From sequence record NC_004629.1: a DNA stretch of 64,000 bases; one strand, written 5' to 3'. This document shows positions 54,689-62,971 of this stretch, piece by piece (positions within the stretch are counted from its first letter, which is position 1; each line of letters starts with the position of its first letter). Under the pieces are notes generated by a model. It made no database searches, was not told the DNA's origin, and was given only the letters and a program-made list of their open reading frames with translations. Position numbers and translations under genes: made by a program.

Positions 54689-55096
54689 ATGAAATATGTA
54701 ATTGTATTTATGTTGTCTATTGTAACTATCACTGCTAACTCGGCTGTCATGTACACTAATCGTGATTCATGCATCGAGTTTGTAAAACAGGCAGATGAAT
54801 TGTTTGTAAAAGGTGCATCTGTAACTGAAGTGCAAATGAAGACTTATGAAAGGATTCATTATATCCTTAATAACACTAAAGATCTAAAGACCAACCAGTC
54901 TAAAGTTGAAGAACTCACTGGTCTATTTTACCTATGGTCTAAGGTAGATAAAATGGCAATTGAGGCAAGTTTGCCACGTGCAACAAATGCTGCTAAAGTC
55001 TATAAGACCACTCCTGAGAAATTCATCATTGATGGTTATTTCCAGCGTTGTGTAGCGGCAGGTGCGTTTGAAGCAAAACCACTTACTCTAAAATAA
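54689..55096 (+). CDS. Exported two-Cys helical protein, array member 1
   Basis: Signal MKYVIVFMLSIVTITANS; RDSC...FQRC. Confidence 0.8.
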   Translation: MKYVIVFMLSIVTITANSAVMYTNRDSCIEFVKQADELFVKGASVTEVQMKTYERIHYILNNTKDLKTNQSKVEELTGLFYLWSKVDKMAIEASLPRATNAAKVYKTTPEKFIIDGYFQRCVAAGAFEAKPLTLK

Positions 55097-55108
55097 TGGA
55101 GGTACAAC

Positions 55109-55468
55109 ATGCTTAAGAATTGGCTATTATTCCTTTTCCTGCCAATCCTGTCCATTGCATGTCAGCCTGCCCACGCTGTAGAAGTGGGTATTACTAAGAA
55201 ATCATGTAATGTGGCAGTAAATCTTTCACAAAAAGCAACTGAGCTTTATGATAAGAACCTATCCCAATTTGAGATAATGATGCAGTTAGATATGATCTCT
55301 CGTAAGGATATGGATGACTTAGAGTTCTATGCAGGTACCGTATATGCTAAATTAAACTTAGTTGATATTCGCGTAAATAAACGAAAAGGATTTACCAATG
55401 GAGCTATTCTAGATAGGCTAGCTGAAAACTGTGTTGAAGCAATTGGTACTAAATTTAACTTGGAGTAG
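55109..55468 (+). CDS. Exported two-Cys helical protein, array member 2
   Basis: Signal ending AHA; KKSC...AENC. Confidence 0.8.
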   Translation: MLKNWLLFLFLPILSIACQPAHAVEVGITKKSCNVAVNLSQKATELYDKNLSQFEIMMQLDMISRKDMDDLEFYAGTVYAKLNLVDIRVNKRKGFTNGAILDRLAENCVEAIGTKFNLE

Positions 55469-55471
55469 AAT

Positions 55472-56266
55472 ATGGTTAGTATTTATATTGTCATTATACT
55501 CATGGCTATGCTAGCTGCATTGACATGTGGTAATTTGGTAGATAGCTGGGTAAGGCCAGCTATTCTAAAGTGGTTAAATGATGATGTCGCTATTCATTTC
55601 ACCAATGCTACCTGGATGGTTGGGGGGATCCCTAATAGTGTTCCAATGCAACTAGGTAAAGCTGTTTGGTTACCCAAATACGTGGGTGACGGAATACGTC
55701 TTTATATCACGGCTGATGAAATAAAATTTGGATGGAATGGTAAAGAAAAAGATGCTTTAGCACGAGCCATTGTTGAAGTTATCTTTATTGGTAAAAATCC
55801 AAATAGTAAACTTCTTGAAGTAAGTATTAAACCTATTTGGTTACACCCTTCTATCCAAAAAGAAAGTTTCTATTTAATGTTTGATTGGGAAAAGCTTTAT
55901 ACAAAAAATGAAGAGATGCGTATTTGTTGGAAGACAATACGTCACACTTTTTTCTATGGATTCCTAGGTTTGCTATTTGGCGGTAGTGCCAATGCAGATA
56001 ACCTTGTATTAACTGAACGTGGATGTGACCAATATGAAGCAATGGTGAGAACTATTGCATCTAAAGCTTATATTGGATTAGATCCAGTTATGGGTAGGGA
56101 ATTCATTATTAATGATCCTGATATGTTAAATGCCCGTGAGAAAGCACAACGTAATACCCGTATCATTATCGATATGGTGGAAACTGGACAAGAACCCAAA
56201 GACATTGCATTATGGATGAATACTCAATGTAAACAAGAAGCAGTGTCAAATTTAATCAAACAGTGA
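55472..56266 (+). CDS. Membrane protein fused to exported two-Cys domain, array member 3 (possible internal start 55916)
   Basis: N-terminal TM; internal signal-like MRICWKTIRHTFFYGFLGLLFGGSANA; ERGC...NTQC. Confidence 0.75.
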   Translation: MVSIYIVIILMAMLAALTCGNLVDSWVRPAILKWLNDDVAIHFTNATWMVGGIPNSVPMQLGKAVWLPKYVGDGIRLYITADEIKFGWNGKEKDALARAIVEVIFIGKNPNSKLLEVSIKPIWLHPSIQKESFYLMFDWEKLYTKNEEMRICWKTIRHTFFYGFLGLLFGGSANADNLVLTERGCDQYEAMVRTIASKAYIGLDPVMGREFIINDPDMLNAREKAQRNTRIIIDMVETGQEPKDIALWMNTQCKQEAVSNLIKQ

Positions 56267-56279
56267 AAAAGGCATAGAT

Positions 56280-56663
56280 ATGAAAAGAAATTTTGAAGAT
56301 GATCACGTGGTAATGGCAGTGGAAGTATATGAGAAACTGAAAGAAGCTGCTGCTTATTCATTACACTCTTCTGAAATTAGTAAGATCGAACGACATATGC
56401 GTAAGTTTAATCGTGTTCAACGCGATAAACATATTGAAAATATGCATATGGAAATGCTTGAGAAACGCGAGGCTATTAGAAAAGCAAAATCTTTCTTTTC
56501 TCAAAATGCCGGTAAAATTGGTTGCGTAGTAGATAGGCTTGTCAAAGTATGTGAAGTGTATAAAATGGATAAGTCTATGGTGGTTGTTGAGTTTCTCCAA
56601 CATAAATCTAAAATTAAAGTTCCAGTAAATCCTGAAAAAATTACTATTCTTACCATTAAATAA
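56280..56663 (+). CDS. Cytoplasmic hypothetical protein, paralog of 30997-31599
   Basis: Aligned N-terminal 80 aa. Confidence 0.75.
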   Translation: MKRNFEDDHVVMAVEVYEKLKEAAAYSLHSSEISKIERHMRKFNRVQRDKHIENMHMEMLEKREAIRKAKSFFSQNAGKIGCVVDRLVKVCEVYKMDKSMVVVEFLQHKSKIKVPVNPEKITILTIK

Positions 56664-56680
56664 ATGAAGAAGGATTTAAA

Positions 56681-57136
56681 ATGAAAAATGTAATTGCAGC
56701 AGCTTTCGCTGGTCTCATTGCCATTACCGGTATCATGTTCAATACCGCAATGGCTGAAATCAAGATTGGTAAAAAAGATGCTCAACTCACTGTGCAGTCG
56801 TGTGCAATGGTTGAAACCATTACTAAACAAGCTGTATTTCGAATGAGTGAAGGTCATAGCGCAGATGAAGTTGGTGTGCTTATGCTCAACAACTCTGCTA
56901 AACTCAAAGATGAGTTGGATACCAATAATTGGATTGCGTTAACATTCGTATTCAATAGTCTTAATAAAATCAATAATGACCTTAACAGTAAAGAGATCCA
57001 TGATTATATCCGTAGTCAAGGTTACAATGTGACTACTCCTAATCTGGCAGCTTTTATCAGCGGGTATTATGGCAATTACTGCATGAAGCATATTGGTGAG
57101 AAATTCACTCACATGGTAATTGTTGAACTCATTTAA
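56681..57136 (+). CDS. Exported two-Cys helical protein, array member 4
   Basis: Signal ending AMA; VQSC...GNYC. Confidence 0.8.
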   Translation: MKNVIAAAFAGLIAITGIMFNTAMAEIKIGKKDAQLTVQSCAMVETITKQAVFRMSEGHSADEVGVLMLNNSAKLKDELDTNNWIALTFVFNSLNKINNDLNSKEIHDYIRSQGYNVTTPNLAAFISGYYGNYCMKHIGEKFTHMVIVELI

Positions 57137-57168
57137 TTCATATCGAATACTTTCAAAAGGAAAATAGG

Positions 57169-57546
57169 ATGAAATACGTCTTCTCGCTCATTATCACTAT
57201 GGTAGCAATGTCGGTTAATGCACAACCCGTAACCGTGTCATCTTGCTACGTGCTGCACAGCTTGGCAAAGAATATGGTTCAATTCTACACTAATGGCGGT
57301 GAGCCATTGGAGATGTATGCAATACTGCAAGATGAACTATCCATTGCCATAGATAAAAACCAGAGTGATAAGGCACTCGCTATTAATATCGCATTGGATA
57401 ATGTCGATGTAATATACCAAAATCTCACTGATCCCGCACTTAAGCTTTTGGCAAAGAGCGAGGGAAGTGATCTTGGTGAGATGCTGACTGAAAAACTCAG
57501 TAATGGGTGTTTCAATATAGTCGGCGAGGAGTTGTATGATAACTAG
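57169..57546 (+). CDS. Exported two-Cys helical protein, array member 5
   Basis: Signal ending VNA; VSSC...SNGC. Confidence 0.8.
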   Translation: MKYVFSLIITMVAMSVNAQPVTVSSCYVLHSLAKNMVQFYTNGGEPLEMYAILQDELSIAIDKNQSDKALAINIALDNVDVIYQNLTDPALKLLAKSEGSDLGEMLTEKLSNGCFNIVGEELYDN

Positions 57547-57775
57547 AATCATCCTAATTGTTGCATGGGTATGGGTAATCTCTCTTATGGGAATGATTAC
57601 GTATGTTCTTTATGATACGTATCAATTTCGTAAGAAATTAGAAATGCCTGTTGTAGAATGGGAAGATAAGGCGAAGGACACTCCTGTTAAGAAGTGTCCA
57701 GATGAAGTATTATTCGCTGAAGACCCAAAGGATGGCAAACTCAAAATGGGATGCCCTGAGAGTTATAAGAAATAA
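57536..57775 (+). CDS. Bitopic membrane protein with two-Cys C-terminal loop (79 aa)
   Basis: IILIVAWVWVISLMGMITYVLY TM; KKCPDEV..MGCPES. Confidence 0.7.
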   Translation: MITRIILIVAWVWVISLMGMITYVLYDTYQFRKKLEMPVVEWEDKAKDTPVKKCPDEVLFAEDPKDGKLKMGCPESYKK

Positions 57776-57777
57776 TT

Positions 57778-57797
57778 AGAGGACCTTCGGGTCCTCT
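57778..57797 (+). terminator. Intrinsic terminator closing the exported-protein operon
   Basis: AGAGGACC-TTCG-GGTCCTCT then TTTT. Confidence 0.88.
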
Positions 57798-57857
57798 TTT
57801 TAACCGACTGGACGGTTAAAACTAGGTGGGATAAATTAAACTATTTGAGGAAATCTA

Positions 57858-57965
57858 ATGCAACTTAGTAATGAACTTTTCTATGTGGGTATGGTAGCTG
57901 TATCAATGTCAATCGGTATGCTATTTAGCTATATTTATCACACTCATAAGAAAAAATATAAATAA
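57858..57965 (+). CDS. Small membrane peptide (35 aa)
   Basis: GAGGA RBS; [35 protein letters not shown]. Confidence 0.6.
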   Translation: MQLSNELFYVGMVAVSMSIGMLFSYIYHTHKKKYK

Positions 57966-57974
57966 AGTCATAAA

Positions 57975-58030
57975 CCCTCTCCCAAAGGAGAGGGCTTTTA
58001 CATTAAATTTTTTTTGAAATCTATATTACA
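57975..58030 (+). promoter_or_regulatory. Terminator (57975-57994) plus class A early promoter (TATATTAC 58022-58029)
   Basis: 30 bp identical to 42571-42600. Confidence 0.8.
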
Positions 58031-58068
58031 CTAATACAACATTAAACTATTAAATAGGTAATTAAAAA

Positions 58069-58443
58069 ATGAATGAAAATATTAAACGCTCATTTATTGG
58101 TATGCCACTGTCTATCAATATTGGTAAAGATATTGATTTATCAATGTATGAACGAATTGTATTTGTATCACAAGTAGATAAAAATGATATAAAATACTTT
58201 GTTTATAAATTAAATAAATCCAAATTTAAACATGAACCAAATGTAGTTAATTACGCCGAAACAGATAAGGATATTATTATTTATCCCCCGCTTGATTTCA
58301 TTCAGACAATTAATGAATATTATCGAGTATCATTGGAAAATGAATTTATGTGTCATCCTGTTATTCTAAAAGCAGATGATAGTAATAATCAAGAAGTATT
58401 TTTGAAAACTATTAAAATGGTACATGAGTATGTCGATGAATAA
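58069..58443 (+). CDS. Early hypothetical protein (124 aa)
   Basis: AGGT RBS. Confidence 0.7.
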   Translation: MNENIKRSFIGMPLSINIGKDIDLSMYERIVFVSQVDKNDIKYFVYKLNKSKFKHEPNVVNYAETDKDIIIYPPLDFIQTINEYYRVSLENEFMCHPVILKADDSNNQEVFLKTIKMVHEYVDE

Positions 58444-58891
58444 CTGCGCATTTATTAATTTAAGGCAACGTTTAGTTAATGATAAACTAACCTATGTGAT
58501 TCATCCCATAGTGAAGGTTTATGATTTCACTAGAAAGGCTATTAGACAATTAACTGATTTTGCTATTTTAGATAGTTATAACTTCCCAGAGGAAACTTCC
58601 AATATTAGTGTTCAGCCAACTATCACAGATGATACTAATAATAGAAATTCTTTGATACATCTTGGGGTTATAGAAGAGCCTGATTTTGGACCAACTAGAT
58701 TATACGCCATCTTAGATAGAGAAATCAAAGATGATTCTAATCTAATTGAAACAACTGATGATGGCTGGTATACATTGGATGAGTTAATTCTAGTTGAAGA
58801 CGATATGGATGAATTCGCGCGACTTATTGTTCAGTACTTGCGAACTATTCCGAGGAAGCCACAATGGTTAACTTCGACAAAAGATGTTTAG
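58424..58891 (+). CDS. Hypothetical protein (155 aa)
   Basis: ORF; DDGWYTLDEL resembles a segment of the 33357 ORF. Confidence 0.65.
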   Translation: MSMSMNNCAFINLRQRLVNDKLTYVIHPIVKVYDFTRKAIRQLTDFAILDSYNFPEETSNISVQPTITDDTNNRNSLIHLGVIEEPDFGPTRLYAILDREIKDDSNLIETTDDGWYTLDELILVEDDMDEFARLIVQYLRTIPRKPQWLTSTKDV

Positions 58892-59094
58892 AAATAGAGC
58901 CTAATCAGTTAGGTTATGTATTTACAAAGATCGGTTGGGAAATATGTGTTACTATTGGCATACGACATATATGTGCTAAAACCTATTATACAGTGTATTC
59001 ACTTAATGATAAATGCATTTATTACATTGAGCATTCAGCGCAATTTACTAAACGCATAAAACCAAACTATATACAAAGGTTTCATGTTCTATGA
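58864..59094 (+). CDS. Hypothetical protein (76 aa)
   Basis: GAGGA upstream; overlapping ORF. Confidence 0.45.
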   Translation: MVNFDKRCLEIEPNQLGYVFTKIGWEICVTIGIRHICAKTYYTVYSLNDKCIYYIEHSAQFTKRIKPNYIQRFHVL

Positions 59095-59777
59095 TCAATA
59101 CAACCGATAAAACTATAGTTGGTATAGGATTTGAAACAAAGGTTTCAGATTCACCGATTGAACAACCTGTAAAGAAAACTAAGACTCCTAAGATAAATAA
59201 ACAAAAAGAATGGGAGAAAGTAGATGATCCGAGAGAATATACAAAAGAGGAACAAACTTCTCTCTTTGTAAATTGGCTTCAAAGCACACGTAATTACTGG
59301 CATAAACAGTATACCGATACTCAAAATACAGATAAGGCACTATCTATCAGAGATATGCTTGATGGATTTATATATAGCATCGCAGCTGGCCTAGATGGCA
59401 ATGATCCAAATATACCCGGATTCAAACTTATACCTAATGTTACTCAAGAGGATATTGACTACCTAATAAGTATTGGTGAGAATTATTGGCCAGTAAACCC
59501 AGTTGAAAATTTAAAAGATAATATCCGTGCAAAGTGTGATGCAGTTGATATTTCTGGTAATCTACGTTATCAAGTTTCTAAGACATTTACGGAACCTTTC
59601 AAAGGACCACATGCACTATTGAACCATTTCCTTAGTTTAGCAGGTGAGAAACCTGTTAAGTATTACTCGGGTAATTTTACGCAAGAGCAACTTGCTATGT
59701 TAGTAGAAAAAGCTAAAGAAAAAGCGGAAAAGATACAATCACAAATAGCTGATGATATCAGTCGAATAATGCGTTAA
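59091..59777 (+). CDS. Hypothetical protein (228 aa), paralog of 59822
   Basis: LDGNDPNIPGFKLIP..Y..ENYWP..DISGNLRY. Confidence 0.8.
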   Translation: MINTTDKTIVGIGFETKVSDSPIEQPVKKTKTPKINKQKEWEKVDDPREYTKEEQTSLFVNWLQSTRNYWHKQYTDTQNTDKALSIRDMLDGFIYSIAAGLDGNDPNIPGFKLIPNVTQEDIDYLISIGENYWPVNPVENLKDNIRAKCDAVDISGNLRYQVSKTFTEPFKGPHALLNHFLSLAGEKPVKYYSGNFTQEQLAMLVEKAKEKAEKIQSQIADDISRIMR

Positions 59778-59821
59778 TGAACTAATAAATTTATAAGCTA
59801 CTGATAACAAGGTATGTAATT

Positions 59822-60196
59822 ATGATCTATTTTGAAGGCGATGGTAATGTTAAACCTGTAACACAGGAACAAGTTAAAGAACTATTTATTAGTAGTGTTG
59901 TCAATATGCGTGATAATGCTATCAATAACTCTAAACTTGATCAATTTACAGAGCCAGCTGATCGGGACAGGGCTGTAGCAGATAGTGTCATTACAGGCAT
60001 GCTAGATATACTAGATGGCAATAATGACGATTGCCCAGCGTTTCATTTAATTCCAGCAGTTGGTGAGGAAGAATATTTAGCGGCTGTAGAAGCAGGTGCT
60101 GATTATATCCCTTATGATGATGGTAGTGATAATTATCAACCATTAGATTTAGCTGGTGAACTACGAGATTATTTTATCTTTGTTAATAGGGGTTAA
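59822..60196 (+). CDS. Acidic hypothetical protein (124 aa), paralog of 59091
   Basis: LDGNNDDCPAFHLIP..ADYIP..DLAGELRDY. Confidence 0.8.
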   Translation: MIYFEGDGNVKPVTQEQVKELFISSVVNMRDNAINNSKLDQFTEPADRDRAVADSVITGMLDILDGNNDDCPAFHLIPAVGEEEYLAAVEAGADYIPYDDGSDNYQPLDLAGELRDYFIFVNRG

Positions 60197-60198
60197 TA

Positions 60199-60633
60199 AT
60201 GGCTGATATAGTAATTGCACTAATCCTGTCAGCAATTATTGTTTATCTAATTAATATTTTTAAACACCCAAAAATAATTTATGCCAATAGTGTAAATGAT
60301 AATGTCTTCATTGTTACTGGTTGCTCTTATATATCTGAAAATAATGAAGATGGTACATTAACAACTTTTTCACCTAAATTAAATAATAGGTTAATAATTG
60401 ATTTAACTAAAGGTCAACCCAATAAAGACTTTTATATTTCAGTATTAGATAACACACTTAAATTCCATCACACTGTTGATGAAATCATCACAGCTAATAA
60501 ATGGGAAGCTTTATTTAAAATTAGCATAACCAAAGAGGATGTGTGTATCTCAGGAATGTCTCTTAAAAATAAACACATTAAATGTAATTTACACTGGGTT
60601 ATAGTACCAGGTAAAATGGCGAATAAATTGTAA
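60199..60633 (+). CDS. Membrane-anchored beta-rich protein (144 aa)
   Basis: IVIALILSAIIVYLINIF transmembrane segment. Confidence 0.7.
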   Translation: MADIVIALILSAIIVYLINIFKHPKIIYANSVNDNVFIVTGCSYISENNEDGTLTTFSPKLNNRLIIDLTKGQPNKDFYISVLDNTLKFHHTVDEIITANKWEALFKISITKEDVCISGMSLKNKHIKCNLHWVIVPGKMANKL

Positions 60634-60646
60634 TAGTTATTATATT

Positions 60647-60724
60647 GCCCTCCCATTGCGGGAGGGCTTATATTTTATTTTTTTGTATTTAAAGCATTTT
60701 AAACAGTATATTACAAATGTGATA
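60647..60724 (+). promoter_or_regulatory. Terminator (60647-60667) plus class B early promoter (TATATTAC 60707-60714)
   Basis: Hairpin identical to 22185-22205; promoter 37/38 identical to 34761-34798. Confidence 0.82.
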
Positions 60725-60757
60725 AAACTATCTAAATTTCAAATAGGTAAATCAATT

Positions 60758-61117
60758 ATGTTGGATTATGCTTTGGAAAAGTGTCGCGAGATCCCTTATG
60801 TAAAACATCGTCAACGTGTTTATTCAGTCATTACTGATAAGCGTGGCAGGATTATTAGTGAAAGCCAAAATATGTATGGTAAAACACATCCTGTTCAGAA
60901 ACGTTATTCTCTAAAAGCAGGATTGTCTGATCTACGTTGTGAGATGCATAGTGAGTTGCGTTCTATCATCCTCTCCAAAGGAAAAGGATATAGGATCTAT
61001 GTTGCGCGGGTCGGTGCTGATGGCAGGCCATTGGATGCGTATCCGTGCCCCACTTGTCAGATGGCAATTAATGACCATGGTAAATTAAAAGAGGTAATTG
61101 TATCTATTGGTAAATAA
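60758..61117 (+). CDS. Zn-dependent cytidine/dCMP-deaminase-fold protein (119 aa)
   Basis: HSE and PCPTC motifs; AGGT RBS before ATG 60758. The track start 60656 lies inside the terminator. Confidence 0.72.
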   Translation: MLDYALEKCREIPYVKHRQRVYSVITDKRGRIISESQNMYGKTHPVQKRYSLKAGLSDLRCEMHSELRSIILSKGKGYRIYVARVGADGRPLDAYPCPTCQMAINDHGKLKEVIVSIGK

Positions 61118-61170
61118 TAAACCATCAAAACGCGTATTAAAATTTATTTAACTCACGGGGAACTGATACG

Positions 61171-61515
61171 ATGACTCTTGGTATTTCAAAATCTCTTTTG
61201 GAAAATGCAATCAAAACTCTTCAAATAGAAACTGGCAATTGCTCTATTCCGACCAAAAATGAAATTCATGCAATGTTGGTTGAACGGCAAGCCAATGAAG
61301 TCTGTGCGGGTATTCGGAGAAAGATGCTTGAAGACCTACCTGGTTTCAACAACTTCCATTTTATTCGCAGTTATGAAATTGTTGTCGAACATAAGGATGA
61401 AATTGCTCCATCTGTAATGAAGGTTGTTAAAGCACGATTGCGTGAAGCGGGCTGGAGAAAAGTCGAGTTCGGTGAGCACGATTGCGGTATTACAAAGATT
61501 AGGATTAAGCTATGA
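61171..61515 (+). CDS. Hypothetical protein (114 aa)
   Basis: GGGGA RBS. Confidence 0.75.
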   Translation: MTLGISKSLLENAIKTLQIETGNCSIPTKNEIHAMLVERQANEVCAGIRRKMLEDLPGFNNFHFIRSYEIVVEHKDEIAPSVMKVVKARLREAGWRKVEFGEHDCGITKIRIKL

Positions 61516-61934
61516 AAAATACACGCTTAGTTGAAGTTGCTGAACATGCATATTGCCTGATTGGTGGACTTCCTAAACCAGAAGAAATGGATGAAGCAGA
61601 AAAAGAGTATTGGGCATCTGTACCAAGTGAGGATATTAAATTAGCTTCATATTGGAAAATGGTTCAACCACCACTATATGCCCTAGTGATGAAATATAGT
61701 GGAATTGATTACGAAAGATTTTATCCTTATCCTGGTGGTCCTTCTCTTAACACTGACGAGCTAAAGACTTTCAGGCTCAATGATATCGATGAAGGTGCGC
61801 TTATTTGGCGTGATGTCTGCATTACTTGGTATAAACGACCAGGACGGTGTATGTGTGTTTCACGCGACATCGCAGATGATGAACTCGTGCAACTTGAACA
61901 GGAACTCATTAAAGCTATCGCAAAACCGAAATAA
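61512..61934 (+). CDS. Phage protein with ITWYKRPGR motif (140 aa)
   Basis: ATGA-coupled ORF. Confidence 0.75.
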   Translation: MKNTRLVEVAEHAYCLIGGLPKPEEMDEAEKEYWASVPSEDIKLASYWKMVQPPLYALVMKYSGIDYERFYPYPGGPSLNTDELKTFRLNDIDEGALIWRDVCITWYKRPGRCMCVSRDIADDELVQLEQELIKAIAKPK

Positions 61935-61985
61935 CTTATAAAAGAAGTTTAACAGATTTTTAATCCAACTAAAAGGAAATTGTAA

Positions 61986-62219
61986 ATGCAACATGTAACT
62001 GTAAAAACTATGAACTCTGGACTGAAAGTCATTGATCTGGATGGTATCCGACTCAAAGACAAAAATATTATCCAGCTACGTTCTATTATGAATCACGATG
62101 CAGCAAAGCAATCGTCAGCTTTTATGCATCACGATAGCCAGTTCAATAATGTACGTATTGAATTTTGGCGCGAACCATCAGCGCGAATTATCTCGCTGAT
62201 TAAAGATGCGGTCGCATGA
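61986..62219 (+). CDS. Hypothetical protein (77 aa)
   Basis: AAGGA RBS. Confidence 0.7.
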   Translation: MQHVTVKTMNSGLKVIDLDGIRLKDKNIIQLRSIMNHDAAKQSSAFMHHDSQFNNVRIEFWREPSARIISLIKDAVA

Positions 62220-62246
62220 CCGCTTTCTTTTAAGAAGGTAACTAAT

Positions 62247-62525
62247 ATGTCTATCTCTGATGTAGTATATGAAGCCGCTGTCAAAAGTGGTGTTAGTCTT
62301 GAACACCTTGGTAAAGAAGAGCCTATTCTAAAAATTCGCTCTGTTAAAGAAAGTGATGGATGGGATATCATCCTCTATTATCCTGGTAAGATTACCAAGA
62401 CTGTGAAACTACTATCAAGCGATGTAGCTGGGTCAGATGCATCAAAGTTTATTGAACATGTATTTGGAGATGTTCAATTTGCTAAAGAAGCAGTACGCAA
62501 TGCTGAAGGCATTGTAATAAAATAA
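62247..62525 (+). CDS. Hypothetical protein (92 aa)
   Basis: AAGGT RBS. Confidence 0.75.
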   Translation: MSISDVVYEAAVKSGVSLEHLGKEEPILKIRSVKESDGWDIILYYPGKITKTVKLLSSDVAGSDASKFIEHVFGDVQFAKEAVRNAEGIVIK

Positions 62526-62551
62526 TCAATCTGGAAAAAAAGGAAATATAA

Positions 62552-62971
62552 ATGTATATTGATGAAAAGTACTGGGCTCATTCTGTAAAAGCTATGGATA
62601 ACAAACATCCAGTTTTGATGAATGTGCATGGTCTTCATTGGTGTTCACCGTCTTTGGTTAATTGGAGCCTAACTGCCGTCAAACGCGATGGATCACTTTC
62701 ATCAAAAGAAGTGTTTGATATCACTAGCAAATATGCCAGCCATCTCATTGATCATGAAGTTAAAATCGTTAATGATCAATTGGTCTACCTGATCAAAAAT
62801 AATCTGATTAGTGGCATTACTGAGCTTGATGATGGTTTCTTTGTATTTGCAAATATTGATGGCGAGTCATGGTCCATGCATGTTGTAATTGAATGCTTGA
62901 TGGAACATGAAGAAAATTGGGAAAAACTCGCTGCCGTTAAGTGCAATGAGTTGACCATTTCTGCATTCTAA
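62552..62971 (+). CDS. Hypothetical protein (139 aa)
   Basis: AAGGA RBS; hairpin 62986-63003 downstream. Confidence 0.75.
   Translation: MYIDEKYWAHSVKAMDNKHPVLMNVHGLHWCSPSLVNWSLTAVKRDGSLSSKEVFDITSKYASHLIDHEVKIVNDQLVYLIKNNLISGITELDDGFFVFANIDGESWSMHVVIECLMEHEENWEKLAAVKCNELTISAF

Noticed and set aside
60656-60757. N-terminal extension of the deaminase ORF in the track (similarly 35270, 49219, 50242, 13775, 12442 starts)
   Set aside because: The extensions run through terminators, promoters or upstream genes; downstream ATGs have the RBS or are translationally coupled.
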